DNA from: Choristocarpus tenellus KU-1152
Taxonomy: Eukaryota; Protista; Phaeophyceae
DNA: 64,000 bases
Assembly (NCBI GenBank): GCA_964200185.2
Contig: CAXNAD020000001.1
Location: forward strand, 56,358-120,357
Direction of reading: 5' to 3'
Position 1 is the first letter of the stretch; each line of letters opens with the position of its first letter. The notes below the pieces were generated by a model. The model was not told the DNA's origin, did no database searches, and saw only the letters and a program-made list of their open reading frames with translations. The translations under genes were made by a program, and so were the position numbers. Shown here piece by piece: positions 1 to 10,102 of this stretch.

Positions 1-201
1 TTTAATAGGTGGTACTTTTAAATCTTCTAAACTAATAGATAAACCAGATTTAGTAGCATATTCAAACCCTAATTCCTTCAGTTGATCAACAAAATAAGTT
101 GCTTTATTTTGTCCATAAGTTTTAAAAATCCATTCGATAATTTTTTTTAATTCTTTTTTATTAATTGTATAATTATAAAAGATTTTTGATGTTTTTATCA
201 T
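1..201 (-). CDS. rpoC2: RNA polymerase beta'' subunit, 5' end (runs off window)
   Basis: Hand translation MIKTSKIFYNYTINKKELKKIIEWIFKTYGQNKATYFVDQLKELGFEYATKSGLSISLEDLKVPPIK; lies directly downstream of rpoC1. Confidence 0.95.
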   Translation of the reverse strand, partial: MIKTSKIFYNYTINKKELKKIIEWIFKTYGQNKATYFVDQLKELGFEYATKSGLSISLEDLKVPPIK

Positions 202-209
202 TTTTAAAA

Positions 210-2741
210 TTAATTTTTTAATAAATTATTTATAAATTGATTGAAAATAATACGACCAGGAGTAGTACGAATATATTTAATTAAAATTTCATTATTAATT
301 GTTTCTTTTTGTTGTAAATTATTATACAGTTGTAATTTTGTTTTATTATTAAATTCAATTGTTTTAGAAAAAATTAATTCACTATTTAAGATCAAATTAT
401 TTTCACAACGAACCCAAATAGATGAATGAATATGTAATTTTTTTTGCTTATATGCAATAATTACTTCTTCAAAATTAGAAAAATAATGATTACTACCTTT
501 TAAATTGGCTTTATTTTCAGTTGTTAAATAATAAAAACCTAAAACCATATCTTGTGTTGGTTGAAGATTAGGTTGACCTGTAGCTGGTGATAAAAAATTA
601 TTTGGTGATAATAAACATAATTTTGTTTCAAGTTGAGATTCATAAGATAAAGGAATATGTACAGCCATTTGATCGCCATCAAAATCTGCATTAAATGCTG
701 GACAAACTAATGGATGTAATTGAATAGCTCGACCTGCAACTAATATTGCATCAAAAGCCTGAACTCCTAAACGATGTAAAGTTGGAGCTCGATTTAATAA
801 AATCGGATGATATTTTATAATTTGTTTTAATAATTTTGATATTAATCCCTTATCACGATAAATAATTTGTTTAGCTCTTTTAATAGTATGAACTAAATCC
901 GTTACTAATAATTTATTTATTAAAAATGGTAAAAATAATTCGACTGCCATTTCATAAGGTAAACCACATTGATTTAATTTTAAATTAGGACCTACAACAA
1001 TAACTGTTCGTCCAGAATAATCAACTCTTTTTCCTAATAAATTTTGACGAAATCGACCTTGTTTTCCTTCAATGATATCAGCTAATGATTTTAATGGTCG
1101 TTTATGTACATCTAAAATTGTTGGACCTCGTTTACCATTATCTATTAATGTATCTACTGCTTCTTGAATTAATCGTTTTTCTGTACTAATAACTAATTCA
1201 GGAGCATTCGCATATAATAATCTAGACATTCTTTTATTTCGAATAATAATTTTTCGATAAAGATCATTTAAGTCAGAACTAACAAATTTCCCATTATCTA
1301 ATTGTATTAATGGTCTTAATCCAGGAGGTAAAACAGGAAGATATTTGAAAATCATCCATTCTGGTCTGGTTTGCGTTATTAAAAAATTTTCAAGTAATCG
1401 AATTCGTTTAACATGTGCATCTCTTTTTGGACTATATATAGTTGCAAGCATTTTAGAACGACTATATTCAATTTCTATATTTAAATCCATATTTTCTAAT
1501 GTTGTATAGATATATTGAGTTTGATCTATATAATTAGTTTTCATAGGATCATTTCTATCTACATTTTCTAAATCATAAAATTTATCATCAATTTTATATT
1601 TTTTTCGTGTTTTTTTAATAGTATTATTTAATTCATCTTCAATTTCATCAAATTGATCAAGATCATTATCAACCGTTTGATTCATATTTTTAGTAGTTTT
1701 ATTATTACTATTTGTTTCAATAGTTTGATTAATATTAATAGTATTTTTTATTTTTTCAATACTTTTTTTTTTCGAATAAATATAATTCTCATAAAAATTA
1801 ATAACGTTACTTTCATTTTCATCTAATTCAGTAAATTGGTTTTCATTCTTGGTAGTATTATTAATTTCAAATTCATTTTCTTGAAATCCCTCTCTTTCAA
1901 ATTCCTCTCTTTCAAATTCCTCTCTTTCAAATTCCTCTTGTTCTTCAAAATCAATAATACCAAAATCTTCTTCAAATTCATTCTCTTCAAATTCTTCTTC
2001 TTGAAATCCCTCTCTTTCAAATTCCTTTTGTTCTTCAAAATCAGTAATACCAAAATCTTCTTCAAATTCATTCTCTTCAAATTCTTCTTCTTGAAATCCC
2101 TCTCTTTCAAATTCCTCTTGTTCTTCAAAATCAGTAATACCAAAATCTTCTTCAGTAAGAGGATCATCTTCTAACTCATTAATATTAAAATTATGATTAT
2201 CAATTTCTTCTTCATCATAATTATCTTCATCAATTTCATTTGGATTTTCTTTTAAAATTTCAATATTAATATTTTCATCATTTTTTATTAATTCATCAAC
2301 ATTTTCAATTTCATTATTATCTTGTTTTCCATAAATCATTTCTTCAATATCTTTTAATTTCCATCCTAAAAGATTTGATAAAATACTTGGATATCCTTTT
2401 AAATACCAAATATGGACAACCGGAGCTACCAATTTAATATATCCCATTCTATGTCGGCGAACTCTCGATATTGTTACTTCCACGCCACACTCTTCACAAA
2501 TTTTACGAAAATAGCTATTATGTTTATATTTGCCACAAGTACATTCCCAATTTTTAACTGGTCCAAAAATTCTTTCACAAAATAATCCTCCTTTTTCTGG
2601 TTTTAATGTTTTATAATTTACTGTTTCAGATTTAAGAACTTCACCTACTAATTCTCCATTAGGTAATTGTCTTTCTCCCCAGTTTTTAATTTTTTCTGGT
2701 GAAGCTAGTTTAATATTAACATAATCAAAATTTTTTATCAT
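210..2741 (-). CDS. rpoC1: RNA polymerase beta' subunit with large acidic insertion
   Basis: GGLFCERIFGP, Zn-finger cysteines, NADFDGDQMAVH catalytic motif. Confidence 0.98.
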   Translation of the reverse strand: MIKNFDYVNIKLASPEKIKNWGERQLPNGELVGEVLKSETVNYKTLKPEKGGLFCERIFGPVKNWECTCGKYKHNSYFRKICEECGVEVTISRVRRHRMGYIKLVAPVVHIWYLKGYPSILSNLLGWKLKDIEEMIYGKQDNNEIENVDELIKNDENINIEILKENPNEIDEDNYDEEEIDNHNFNINELEDDPLTEEDFGITDFEEQEEFEREGFQEEEFEENEFEEDFGITDFEEQKEFEREGFQEEEFEENEFEEDFGIIDFEEQEEFEREEFEREEFEREGFQENEFEINNTTKNENQFTELDENESNVINFYENYIYSKKKSIEKIKNTININQTIETNSNNKTTKNMNQTVDNDLDQFDEIEDELNNTIKKTRKKYKIDDKFYDLENVDRNDPMKTNYIDQTQYIYTTLENMDLNIEIEYSRSKMLATIYSPKRDAHVKRIRLLENFLITQTRPEWMIFKYLPVLPPGLRPLIQLDNGKFVSSDLNDLYRKIIIRNKRMSRLLYANAPELVISTEKRLIQEAVDTLIDNGKRGPTILDVHKRPLKSLADIIEGKQGRFRQNLLGKRVDYSGRTVIVVGPNLKLNQCGLPYEMAVELFLPFLINKLLVTDLVHTIKRAKQIIYRDKGLISKLLKQIIKYHPILLNRAPTLHRLGVQAFDAILVAGRAIQLHPLVCPAFNADFDGDQMAVHIPLSYESQLETKLCLLSPNNFLSPATGQPNLQPTQDMVLGFYYLTTENKANLKGSNHYFSNFEEVIIAYKQKKLHIHSSIWVRCENNLILNSELIFSKTIEFNNKTKLQLYNNLQQKETINNEILIKYIRTTPGRIIFNQFINNLLKN
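1866..2154. repeat. In-frame tandem repeat inside rpoC1: ~90-bp unit in nearly 3 copies, plus 15-bp sub-units
   Basis: tca(a/g)taataccaaaatcttcttca recurs at 1951, 2041 and 2131; ctctctttcaaattc repeated in tandem at ~1890-1935; encodes EEDFGITDFEEQEEFEREGFQEEEFEENEF. Confidence 0.95.
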
Positions 2742-2762
2742 TTTAGTTTTTAAAATATTTAA

Positions 2763-5700
2763 TTAAATAAAGACTGGCATTTTTTCAATTTCAAATAAAT
2801 TAATTTCATTAGAAATTATTTCACCTGATTCCAATTTGTCAATTCTATAAGTTGTAATATCTAATCCAAGAGCATTCAATTCACGACATAAAACTCGAAA
2901 TGATTCAGGAATTCCTGGTTTTGGGATATCTTGATTTTGAATCATAGAATTATACATTTCCATTCTACCATCCATATCATCTGATTTAATTGTTAATAAT
3001 TCTTGTAATGTATAAGCAACACCAAAAGCTTCTAATGCCCAAACTTCCATTTCTCCAAATCGTTGTCCTCCACCTCTTGATTTTCCTCCTAAAGGTTGTT
3101 GTGTTACTAAAGAATATGGTCCACTAGCACGAGCATGCATTTTATGATCGATTAAATGAACAAGTTTTAAAATATATGGTTTTCCAACTAAAACTGGATT
3201 ATCAAAAGTTTCTCCATTTCTACCATCAACTAATGATACTTTACCCGGTGAAGAAGAATTAAATAACCATAGTTTATTTCTTTTAATAGCAGCTTCTTTT
3301 AATTTTTTATTTATTAATATTCGTGAAGCTTCTGGTTTATACATTTCATCAAATGGTAAAACTTTAAATCTACAATTTAAATTATCGCCCGCTAAACCTA
3401 ATAAACATTCAAATATTTGTCCAACATTCATTCGTGAAGGAACTCCTAAAGGATTTAAAATTACATCAATTATTGTTCCATCCGGTAAAAATGGCATATC
3501 TTGTAATGGTAATATTTTAGAAATAACTCCTTTATTTCCATGTCGTCCTGAAATTTTATCTCCAATTTTAATTTTTTTAATTTCAGCAATATAAACATGA
3601 ATAATTAAATTGACACCTGGTTGTAATTTATAACCTTCATTTTTAGAAAATGTTTGAATATCTAAAACACGTCCAGATATACCTTTTGGTAGTCTTAAAG
3701 AAGTATCATCAAAATCAGGCCCAGTAAGATTAAAAACTGCTTTTAATAATCGACTTTCAGGTGATTCACTTGCTTTAGATTTAGGCGTGCGTTTGCCTAT
3801 TAATACATCACCACCTTTAACGGGCGCTCCAACATAAGTATAACCATTTTTATCTAAATGTCTTATAGTATGAGGATCTAAAGGTGGAAGAAGATCAGTT
3901 AATTCATCATCGCCTTCACTTGTTTTATTTACGGTAAGTTGAAATCTTTCTATATGAATAGAAGTAAAAAGATCTTGATGAATTAATCTTTCACTAATTA
4001 AAATAGCATCTTCATAATTATAACCTTCCCAAGGCATATATGCAACATTTAAATTTTGACCTAAAGCCAATTCCCCACCATCAGTACCTGGACCATCTGC
4101 AATTATTTGTCCAGTTTTTACTATTTGACCTGGCCAAACTATAGGTTTTTGATTATTTCCAATTTCTTGATTTGAACGACGATATTTTTCAAGATAATAA
4201 ATTTTTAAATGTTTATTTAATGAATTTTTGTTTTTTAGATTTAAATTAATATAAATTCTATTAACAAAAACTGATTCTACTATTCCATAAGATAAATTTA
4301 TTACACCAATTCTTGAATCGTTTGCAATTTGAAATTCTAATCCTGTCCCAATAATTGGTTTTTGTGGGTATAGTAAAGGAACTGCTTGTCGTTGCATATT
4401 TGAACCCATTAATGCACGATTTGCATCATCATGTTCTAAAAATGGAATTAAAGCAGCACCAGCTGAAATAATTTGTATAGGAGAAATTGCAATATAATCT
4501 ACTTGATAACGATTTACTAAAATAAATTCTTGATGAAAACGAACTGGAATTAAAGCAGTACTTAAATATTTATTATTAATTAATTTGATATCTGCAGATG
4601 CAACTTTTGATTGATTTTCTTTTTCAGCAGTTAAATATATAGGTTTTATAGATTTTAAAACTTCTCCTTTATAAACTCTATAAAAAGGTGTTACAATAAA
4701 GCCATATTTATTAAGTTTTGCGTGAATAGCTAAAGATGAAACTAAACCTGCTTTTTGTCCTTCTGGTGTTTCAATTGGACATAAACGTCCGTATTGTGTT
4801 GGATGTATATCACGCGCAGAAAAACTAACATGTTCACTATTTAATGCACCTGGTCCTAATGAACTAATTCTACGTTTATGAGTTAATTGAGATAAAGCAT
4901 TAGTTTCATCAAAATATTGGGATAATGGACTTAAACCAAAAAATTCTCTCATTACTCCCGTTAAAATTTTAGCATTAATAAAATAACTAGCTTTTATATC
5001 TTTTTCATCTTTTTCTATTAAATTTAAAGTATTATTTTTAGAATCAATTAATTTTTTTTTCGAATTTTTTCTAGTTTTTTTTATACGTACATTTTCAAAA
5101 TTAGTAATATATTTTTTTAATCGACCTAATCCTATACGTAATTGAACTTGTAATAATTCTCCAACAGATCGAACACGACGATTTTCTAAATTATCAATAT
5201 CATCTGGTTGTTTTTTATATAAACAAACTTCGATTAAATAATCAATTGTTTTAAGAATATCAATATGCGTTAACGTTTTTCTAGATAATGGAATATTAAT
5301 ATCTAATTTTTTATTTATTTTTATTCTTCCAATTTCACCTAAATCATAAGAACTGTTATTTCGTAGTCGATTATTTATTAATTCTTTTATTCGAAAAACA
5401 TTTAAACTAATAGCAATTCTTGTTTTTTTTGGATCTTGGTTTTGTTCATTAATTCTTTTATAAATTGCATAATTTAATGAATCAATACTATATTCTAAAA
5501 ATACAGAATATTTTATAGTATTTAAAATTTCATTTTGTTTTAATTCACAAGCTAATAAAAACCAATTAATTGGAATTTTATATTTTTTATCAAATTTAAC
5601 CCAAATTAAATTATATTCAATTTCAAATGTTAACCATGAACCATAATTTGTTATTATTGTTGCATCATAAGTAATTTTTTTTTCTTTTATAATTCTTTTG

Positions 5701-6116
5701 AAATAAACCCCAGGACTTCTAACTAATTGATTCATAACAACCCGTTCACAACCATTATAAATAAAAGTTCCTTTATGGGTAATTAATGGAATTTCACATA
5801 ATAAAACTTTTTGTTTTTTTTTATATAAATTCAATAATATTGGGCCATTTTCTTCAATTATATGTTGTCTTATTCCCACGATAATATATAATTTAATTAA
5901 ATTACTATTTTTTATTTCTTTTATTTGTTTTTTCTCTTTTTTTATATCAAATTTAAATTTATGTCCGTATATTCGAATTTCGATATTATTGTTAGAATTT
6001 ATTAATAGAGAATAGTTTTTTATTTCTTGCATTACACCAATACTCAAAAACCAGCAAAAACTTTTTTGCTGAATCTTTGATAAATGTGGAATATTTATAG
6101 GAAATTTATTTTTCAT
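2763..6116 (-). CDS. rpoB: RNA polymerase beta subunit
   Basis: GRLCPIETPEG, GDKISGRHGNKG and GGQRFGEMEVWALE motifs. Confidence 0.98.
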   Translation of the reverse strand: MKNKFPINIPHLSKIQQKSFCWFLSIGVMQEIKNYSLLINSNNNIEIRIYGHKFKFDIKKEKKQIKEIKNSNLIKLYIIVGIRQHIIEENGPILLNLYKKKQKVLLCEIPLITHKGTFIYNGCERVVMNQLVRSPGVYFKRIIKEKKITYDATIITNYGSWLTFEIEYNLIWVKFDKKYKIPINWFLLACELKQNEILNTIKYSVFLEYSIDSLNYAIYKRINEQNQDPKKTRIAISLNVFRIKELINNRLRNNSSYDLGEIGRIKINKKLDINIPLSRKTLTHIDILKTIDYLIEVCLYKKQPDDIDNLENRRVRSVGELLQVQLRIGLGRLKKYITNFENVRIKKTRKNSKKKLIDSKNNTLNLIEKDEKDIKASYFINAKILTGVMREFFGLSPLSQYFDETNALSQLTHKRRISSLGPGALNSEHVSFSARDIHPTQYGRLCPIETPEGQKAGLVSSLAIHAKLNKYGFIVTPFYRVYKGEVLKSIKPIYLTAEKENQSKVASADIKLINNKYLSTALIPVRFHQEFILVNRYQVDYIAISPIQIISAGAALIPFLEHDDANRALMGSNMQRQAVPLLYPQKPIIGTGLEFQIANDSRIGVINLSYGIVESVFVNRIYINLNLKNKNSLNKHLKIYYLEKYRRSNQEIGNNQKPIVWPGQIVKTGQIIADGPGTDGGELALGQNLNVAYMPWEGYNYEDAILISERLIHQDLFTSIHIERFQLTVNKTSEGDDELTDLLPPLDPHTIRHLDKNGYTYVGAPVKGGDVLIGKRTPKSKASESPESRLLKAVFNLTGPDFDDTSLRLPKGISGRVLDIQTFSKNEGYKLQPGVNLIIHVYIAEIKKIKIGDKISGRHGNKGVISKILPLQDMPFLPDGTIIDVILNPLGVPSRMNVGQIFECLLGLAGDNLNCRFKVLPFDEMYKPEASRILINKKLKEAAIKRNKLWLFNSSSPGKVSLVDGRNGETFDNPVLVGKPYILKLVHLIDHKMHARASGPYSLVTQQPLGGKSRGGGQRFGEMEVWALEAFGVAYTLQELLTIKSDDMDGRMEMYNSMIQNQDIPKPGIPESFRVLCRELNALGLDITTYRIDKLESGEIISNEINLFEIEKMPVFI

Positions 6117-6189
6117 AATATTTTATAATAAAAATTTTTATAGTAATTATTAATAATAACAATTTATAAGAAATATAAATAGTAAAAAT

Positions 6190-6507
6190 TTATTTTTTAT
6201 TAAAAGAAATAAAAATTAATTGTAAAATTTTAAAATTAAATAATTTTGATAATCTAGATTTTTTTCGAGCAACATTATTTATATGTAAAATATTTTTTTT
6301 TTTCGCTTTATCTAATTTACTAAAAACTAAAGTTAATGAATTTGTAAGTGAAATAAAATTTTCATTATTTGGATTATTAATATATTGTTGTAATGTTACA
6401 AAATATTTTTTAATATAAGTTTTAATAATTGATTTATAAGAATTATTTTGAATACGATTTCTTTTATTTATTTTAATTCGTTTTTTGGCTGATTTAATAT
6501 TTACCAT
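6190..6507 (-). CDS. rps20: 30S ribosomal protein S20
   Basis: MVNIKSAKKR...LDKAKKKNILHINNVARKKSRL. Confidence 0.95.
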   Translation of the reverse strand: MVNIKSAKKRIKINKRNRIQNNSYKSIIKTYIKKYFVTLQQYINNPNNENFISLTNSLTLVFSKLDKAKKKNILHINNVARKKSRLSKLFNFKILQLIFISFNKK

Positions 6508-6642
6508 ATTTTATATTGTTTTTTATTTTAAATAATTATTAAATAATAGATAGTTAATGATATGTGAACATATCTTCATTATACCATATTTATGCTAAAA
6601 TAGCAAGTTATAAAATATAATATTATAATCTGTAAATAATTT

Positions 6643-6731
6643 AGGAGAAAGTGGGATTCGAACCCACGGAACGCTTAAACGTTCATCTGATTTCAAATCA
6701 GACGCAATAAACCAAACTCTGCCAAATCTCC
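6643..6731 (-). tRNA. trnS-UGA: tRNA-Ser(UGA)
   Basis: Anticodon arm TCTGA-TTTGAAA-TCAGA, long variable arm, GGTTCGAATCC T-arm. Confidence 0.93.
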
Positions 6732-6776
6732 AAATAAATAAAAAATTTTTATTTATTTATTTATATTTTATAATAA

Positions 6777-7196
6777 TTATGCTTCATATGATGATTTACC
6801 TGTAAATTTTAATAAAGAAGGGTTTGGGTTTTTTCCAATTGAAAAATTACGACTACCGACTGAAATTCTTCCTTTATTTACTTTTTCTGGAAAAACACCA
6901 TCTTTAGGATGTAAAAATTGAATTTCACCCCCAGGAAAAATCCTATAAATTCGATATTCTTTAATTTTTAAAGATCTTAATTGAGTTCCTAAAGCAAGAC
7001 ATTGTTCTTTTCTTGCAAAATATAAAAGATTTTCACCTATTAACATTATTGCTGCACCAGCTGTAGGCATTTCAAAAATGCGTTCTTCTTTTGCTTCCCA
7101 TGTAATTGCATATTTCTCTTCTGTTTCTGCTGCTCTTAACCAACCACCTGTACTACCTCCAAAAAATGGAGTATAATTTTTATTATATAGAGTCAT
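6777..7196 (-). CDS. psaD: Photosystem I subunit II
   Basis: [34 protein letters not shown]. Confidence 0.98.
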   Translation of the reverse strand: MTLYNKNYTPFFGGSTGGWLRAAETEEKYAITWEAKEERIFEMPTAGAAIMLIGENLLYFARKEQCLALGTQLRSLKIKEYRIYRIFPGGEIQFLHPKDGVFPEKVNKGRISVGSRNFSIGKNPNPSLLKFTGKSSYEA

Positions 7197-7242
7197 GTTT
7201 TCAAAATTGATAAATGAAAAATTTAATAAATTTATTTAATTA

Positions 7243-7316
7243 TAGCGGAGACTGGATTTGAACCTGTGACTTCCGGGTTATGAGCCCAACGAGCTACCAA
7301 ACTGCTCTACTCCGCA
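7243..7316 (-). tRNA. trnfM-CAU: Initiator tRNA-fMet(CAU)
   Basis: GGG-CTCATAA-CCC anticodon arm with three G-C pairs; unpaired 1:72 position. Confidence 0.92.
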
Positions 7317-7372
7317 TATATTAAGTTTACTAACTTAAATATTTAATTTGTTATAATTTAATTTGTATTGAC

Positions 7373-7446
7373 TCGGGACGGCAGGATTTGAACCTGCGAC
7401 ACCCTGCTCCCAAAGCAGATGCGCTACCAAACTGCGCTACGTCCCG
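7373..7446 (-). tRNA. trnP-UGG: tRNA-Pro(UGG)
   Basis: CGGGACGTAGCGCAG...CTGCT-TTGGG-AGCAG...GGTTCAAATCC. Confidence 0.95.
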
Positions 7447-7451
7447 GCAAA

Positions 7452-7493
7452 AATGCTTTTATCTATTATATTAATATAATAGATAAAAGCATT
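7452..7493. terminator. Stem-loop downstream of chlB
   Basis: aatgcttttatctattatat / atataatagataaaagcatt inverted repeat. Confidence 0.6.
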
Positions 7494-7526
7494 AACTTAA
7501 TATTATTTTTATCTTTAAAAATAATA

Positions 7527-9050
7527 TTAAGTTAATGCTTCTTTAGCAGCATAAATAACTTCAATTGTAATTATTTTAATTTTTTTTTGTTGTGCAAATT
7601 TTTCTGTATTTCGTTTAATTTTTCCACGAACAAAACCTGGTATTTTTGCCAATTCAGTTTGTGCTTGTAAATCCCATTCTATTTCTATATTAGTGGACAA
7701 ACTGGTACTAAGAACTTCTTTTGTATCATGACCTCCGAAAATTTCTAATAAATGATCTTCCATACCTAATGTAAATGAATTATATATTAAATCAGCAATT
7801 TGATTAGCTCCTTCATAACCAAGAAATGGTCTATAACTCAAAGGAAAATTTTGAATATGAACTGGTGCTGAAATAACACCACAAGGAATATTTAATCTTT
7901 TTCCAACATGTCTTTCCATTTGAGTCCCAAAAATAACAGCTGGTTCTACTTTAGCAATAAGATCTCCAATTAAATTATGATCATCAGTAATTACAATTTC
8001 ATCACAAAGATCACCAACTTCTTTTTCAAACCAAGATTTATCATATTTGCAATATGTACCAGCCCAAACAACTTGAATTCCCATTTCCTTAATTAAAATT
8101 TTAGTCATGGCTGCAGCATGTGTTGAATCTCCGAAAACAACTGCTTTTTTTCCTGTTAAATTTTGACAATCTATTGATCTAGAAAACCAAGCAGATTGTG
8201 AAACAAAACGCGTTTGAATATCAATATATTTTTCAAAATTAACATTTAAATTTTGTTTATTTAAAATAGATTGAATTTTTCTTATACAATGTGCTGTTTC
8301 AACAACTCCCATAGGTGTTATATCTACAAATGGTATATCAAATTCATTTTTTAAATACTCTGCAGTTAATAAACCAATTTCTCTATATGGAACTAGATTA
8401 AACCATGCTTGTGATAAATTTTTTAGTTCTTGTACCGAAGCCCCTTCAGGAATAATAGTATTAATTTTAATATTTAAATCTGATAATAATCTTTTTAATT
8501 CTGCCATGTCATGTTGATTATGAAAAGCTAAATTAAAAGAACCAATAATATTAACAGACGGGAATTCCGTTTTTGTGACATCTAATTGTTTATGTTTTTT
8601 AGCTTTTTTAATATAAAATTGTACAATTTGTTCTAAAGTTCGATCAGCAGCTTGCATTTCATTTACTCGATAATGATTAACATCAGCTAATAAAACATCA
8701 GCTTTTGTTTCAAATGAAGCTCGGTTTACAAAATTTTGTAAATCTTCTTGTAATATACTTGAAGTACAAGTTGGTGTTAAAATAACTAAATCAGGTTGTT
8801 CTTCTTTATCTTTTCTATTTATGTTATTTACTACTTTTTCTTGAGATCCTCGAGCTAAAACATGTCGATCTACAACACTTGCGGTAACAGGAGTAAAATC
8901 TCGTTTTCTTTCTAGCATTGATCTCATTACATTAAAGTAATCATCTCCTAAAGGTGCATGCATTATTGCATGAACATTTTTGAACGAACTTGCAATTCTA
9001 AGAGTACCAATATGGGCTGGTCCAGCGTACATCCAATAAGCTAATTTCAT
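7527..9050 (-). CDS. chlB: Light-independent protochlorophyllide reductase subunit B
   Basis: [19 protein letters not shown]-terminus; C-terminal [14 protein letters not shown]. Confidence 0.98.
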   Translation of the reverse strand: MKLAYWMYAGPAHIGTLRIASSFKNVHAIMHAPLGDDYFNVMRSMLERKRDFTPVTASVVDRHVLARGSQEKVVNNINRKDKEEQPDLVILTPTCTSSILQEDLQNFVNRASFETKADVLLADVNHYRVNEMQAADRTLEQIVQFYIKKAKKHKQLDVTKTEFPSVNIIGSFNLAFHNQHDMAELKRLLSDLNIKINTIIPEGASVQELKNLSQAWFNLVPYREIGLLTAEYLKNEFDIPFVDITPMGVVETAHCIRKIQSILNKQNLNVNFEKYIDIQTRFVSQSAWFSRSIDCQNLTGKKAVVFGDSTHAAAMTKILIKEMGIQVVWAGTYCKYDKSWFEKEVGDLCDEIVITDDHNLIGDLIAKVEPAVIFGTQMERHVGKRLNIPCGVISAPVHIQNFPLSYRPFLGYEGANQIADLIYNSFTLGMEDHLLEIFGGHDTKEVLSTSLSTNIEIEWDLQAQTELAKIPGFVRGKIKRNTEKFAQQKKIKIITIEVIYAAKEALT

Positions 9051-9195
9051 AAAGTTTTATACTCCATTAATAAATTTTAATAAGATGAAATATCTCTTTT
9101 ATATATTATAATACATTTTAAATTAAATATAATACTAATAAATATTATTATTTAATAATGTAAATCGATTATTATATATAATCTATTTACATTAA

Positions 9196-9276
9196 GGGTC
9201 GATGCCCGAGTGGTTAAAGGGGGCGGATTGTAAATCCGTTGGTTAACCTACGTTGGTTCAAATCCAACTCGACCTA
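9196..9276 (+). tRNA. trnY-GUA: tRNA-Tyr(GUA)
   Basis: GGGTCGATGCCCGAGTGG...GCGGA-TTGTAAA-TCCGT. Confidence 0.95.
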
Positions 9277-9280
9277 ACTA

Positions 9281-9330
9281 AATAATAATAATAATAATAA
9301 GAATATTATTATTATTATTATTATTATTAT
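9281..9330. repeat. (AAT)n/(ATT)n microsatellite hairpin between convergent trnY and ycf60
   Basis: aataataataataataataa-gaat-attattattattattatt. Confidence 0.8.
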
Positions 9331-9333
9331 TTA

Positions 9334-10023
9334 TTATTTATTATTTTTCTTACGATTATGACGGTCCCACCAAATAAAGTCGGGACCATCTCTACCTAAA
9401 TGTACTTCGATCGCTTCACGTATAAAAGCATTACTTGGATATCTACCTGTTAAAACACGGAAAAAATATGGTATAAAAATAATCATATAAAGTAAAAACA
9501 TATTAAGAGCAGGTTCTGACATTCGACTAATAATATTTTGTTCAAGATATAAGGCAGAATAAATCTCATGAAAAATATTTTGAAATGTTAATAACAAAAT
9601 ACTAAACATTAAATTAAACCTAATAAGACGATCTTTTGGTACTCGAGATCTAATACAAACACCATAGCCTATTACAATATATATAACAGTCATATATGGT
9701 AGTTCTTGAAAAATATCTAATAAATGATTCATAATATCAGGTAAAAATAATCTTGCGAAATAAGGATATTTGAATTCAATGGCAGGCACCAGATCAGATG
9801 TTAACTGTAGCCAATTAATAAAAAAGAAAAATAACGACGTTACACGTTGAAATACTATTGAATTTATTTTATCAAATACTTTTTTTGGTCGTTTAATTTT
9901 AAATAGTTTTTCTAAAACTGAAACTAAAATAAAACATATTACTATAATACTAATATTTTTCCAAGATAGAAGGTTAAATAAATCTTCCATTAAATAATAG
10001 AGTTCAATTAAAGCGTTTCTCAA
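9334..10023 (-). CDS. ycf60: Ycf60 / Tic20-like membrane protein (TTG start)
   Basis: Several hydrophobic helices, LIRFNLMFSILL motif, C-terminal GRYP..FIREAIEVHL; strong SD AAAGGGGGTG upstream. Confidence 0.75.
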   Translation of the reverse strand: MRNALIELYYLMEDLFNLLSWKNISIIVICFILVSVLEKLFKIKRPKKVFDKINSIVFQRVTSLFFFFINWLQLTSDLVPAIEFKYPYFARLFLPDIMNHLLDIFQELPYMTVIYIVIGYGVCIRSRVPKDRLIRFNLMFSILLLTFQNIFHEIYSALYLEQNIISRMSEPALNMFLLYMIIFIPYFFRVLTGRYPSNAFIREAIEVHLGRDGPDFIWWDRHNRKKNNK

Positions 10024-10062
10024 TTTTTATCACCCCCTTTATTTTAAAAAAGAAACAAAAAT

Positions 10063-10092
10063 ATTATATATTACAATATAATAATTTGTCAA
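10063..10092 (-). promoter_or_regulatory. Sigma70-type promoter for ycf60
   Basis: TTGACA-N18-TATAAT on the minus strand. Confidence 0.65.
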
Positions 10093-10102
10093 GATTTAAT
10101 TT

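Noticed and set aside
1823-2174. Two extra ORFs (114 aa minus, 112 aa plus) over the rpoC1 repeat, and its CRISPR-like periodicity
   Set aside because: These are alternate-frame shadows of a stop-free tandem repeat. The units have no unique spacers and there are no cas genes.
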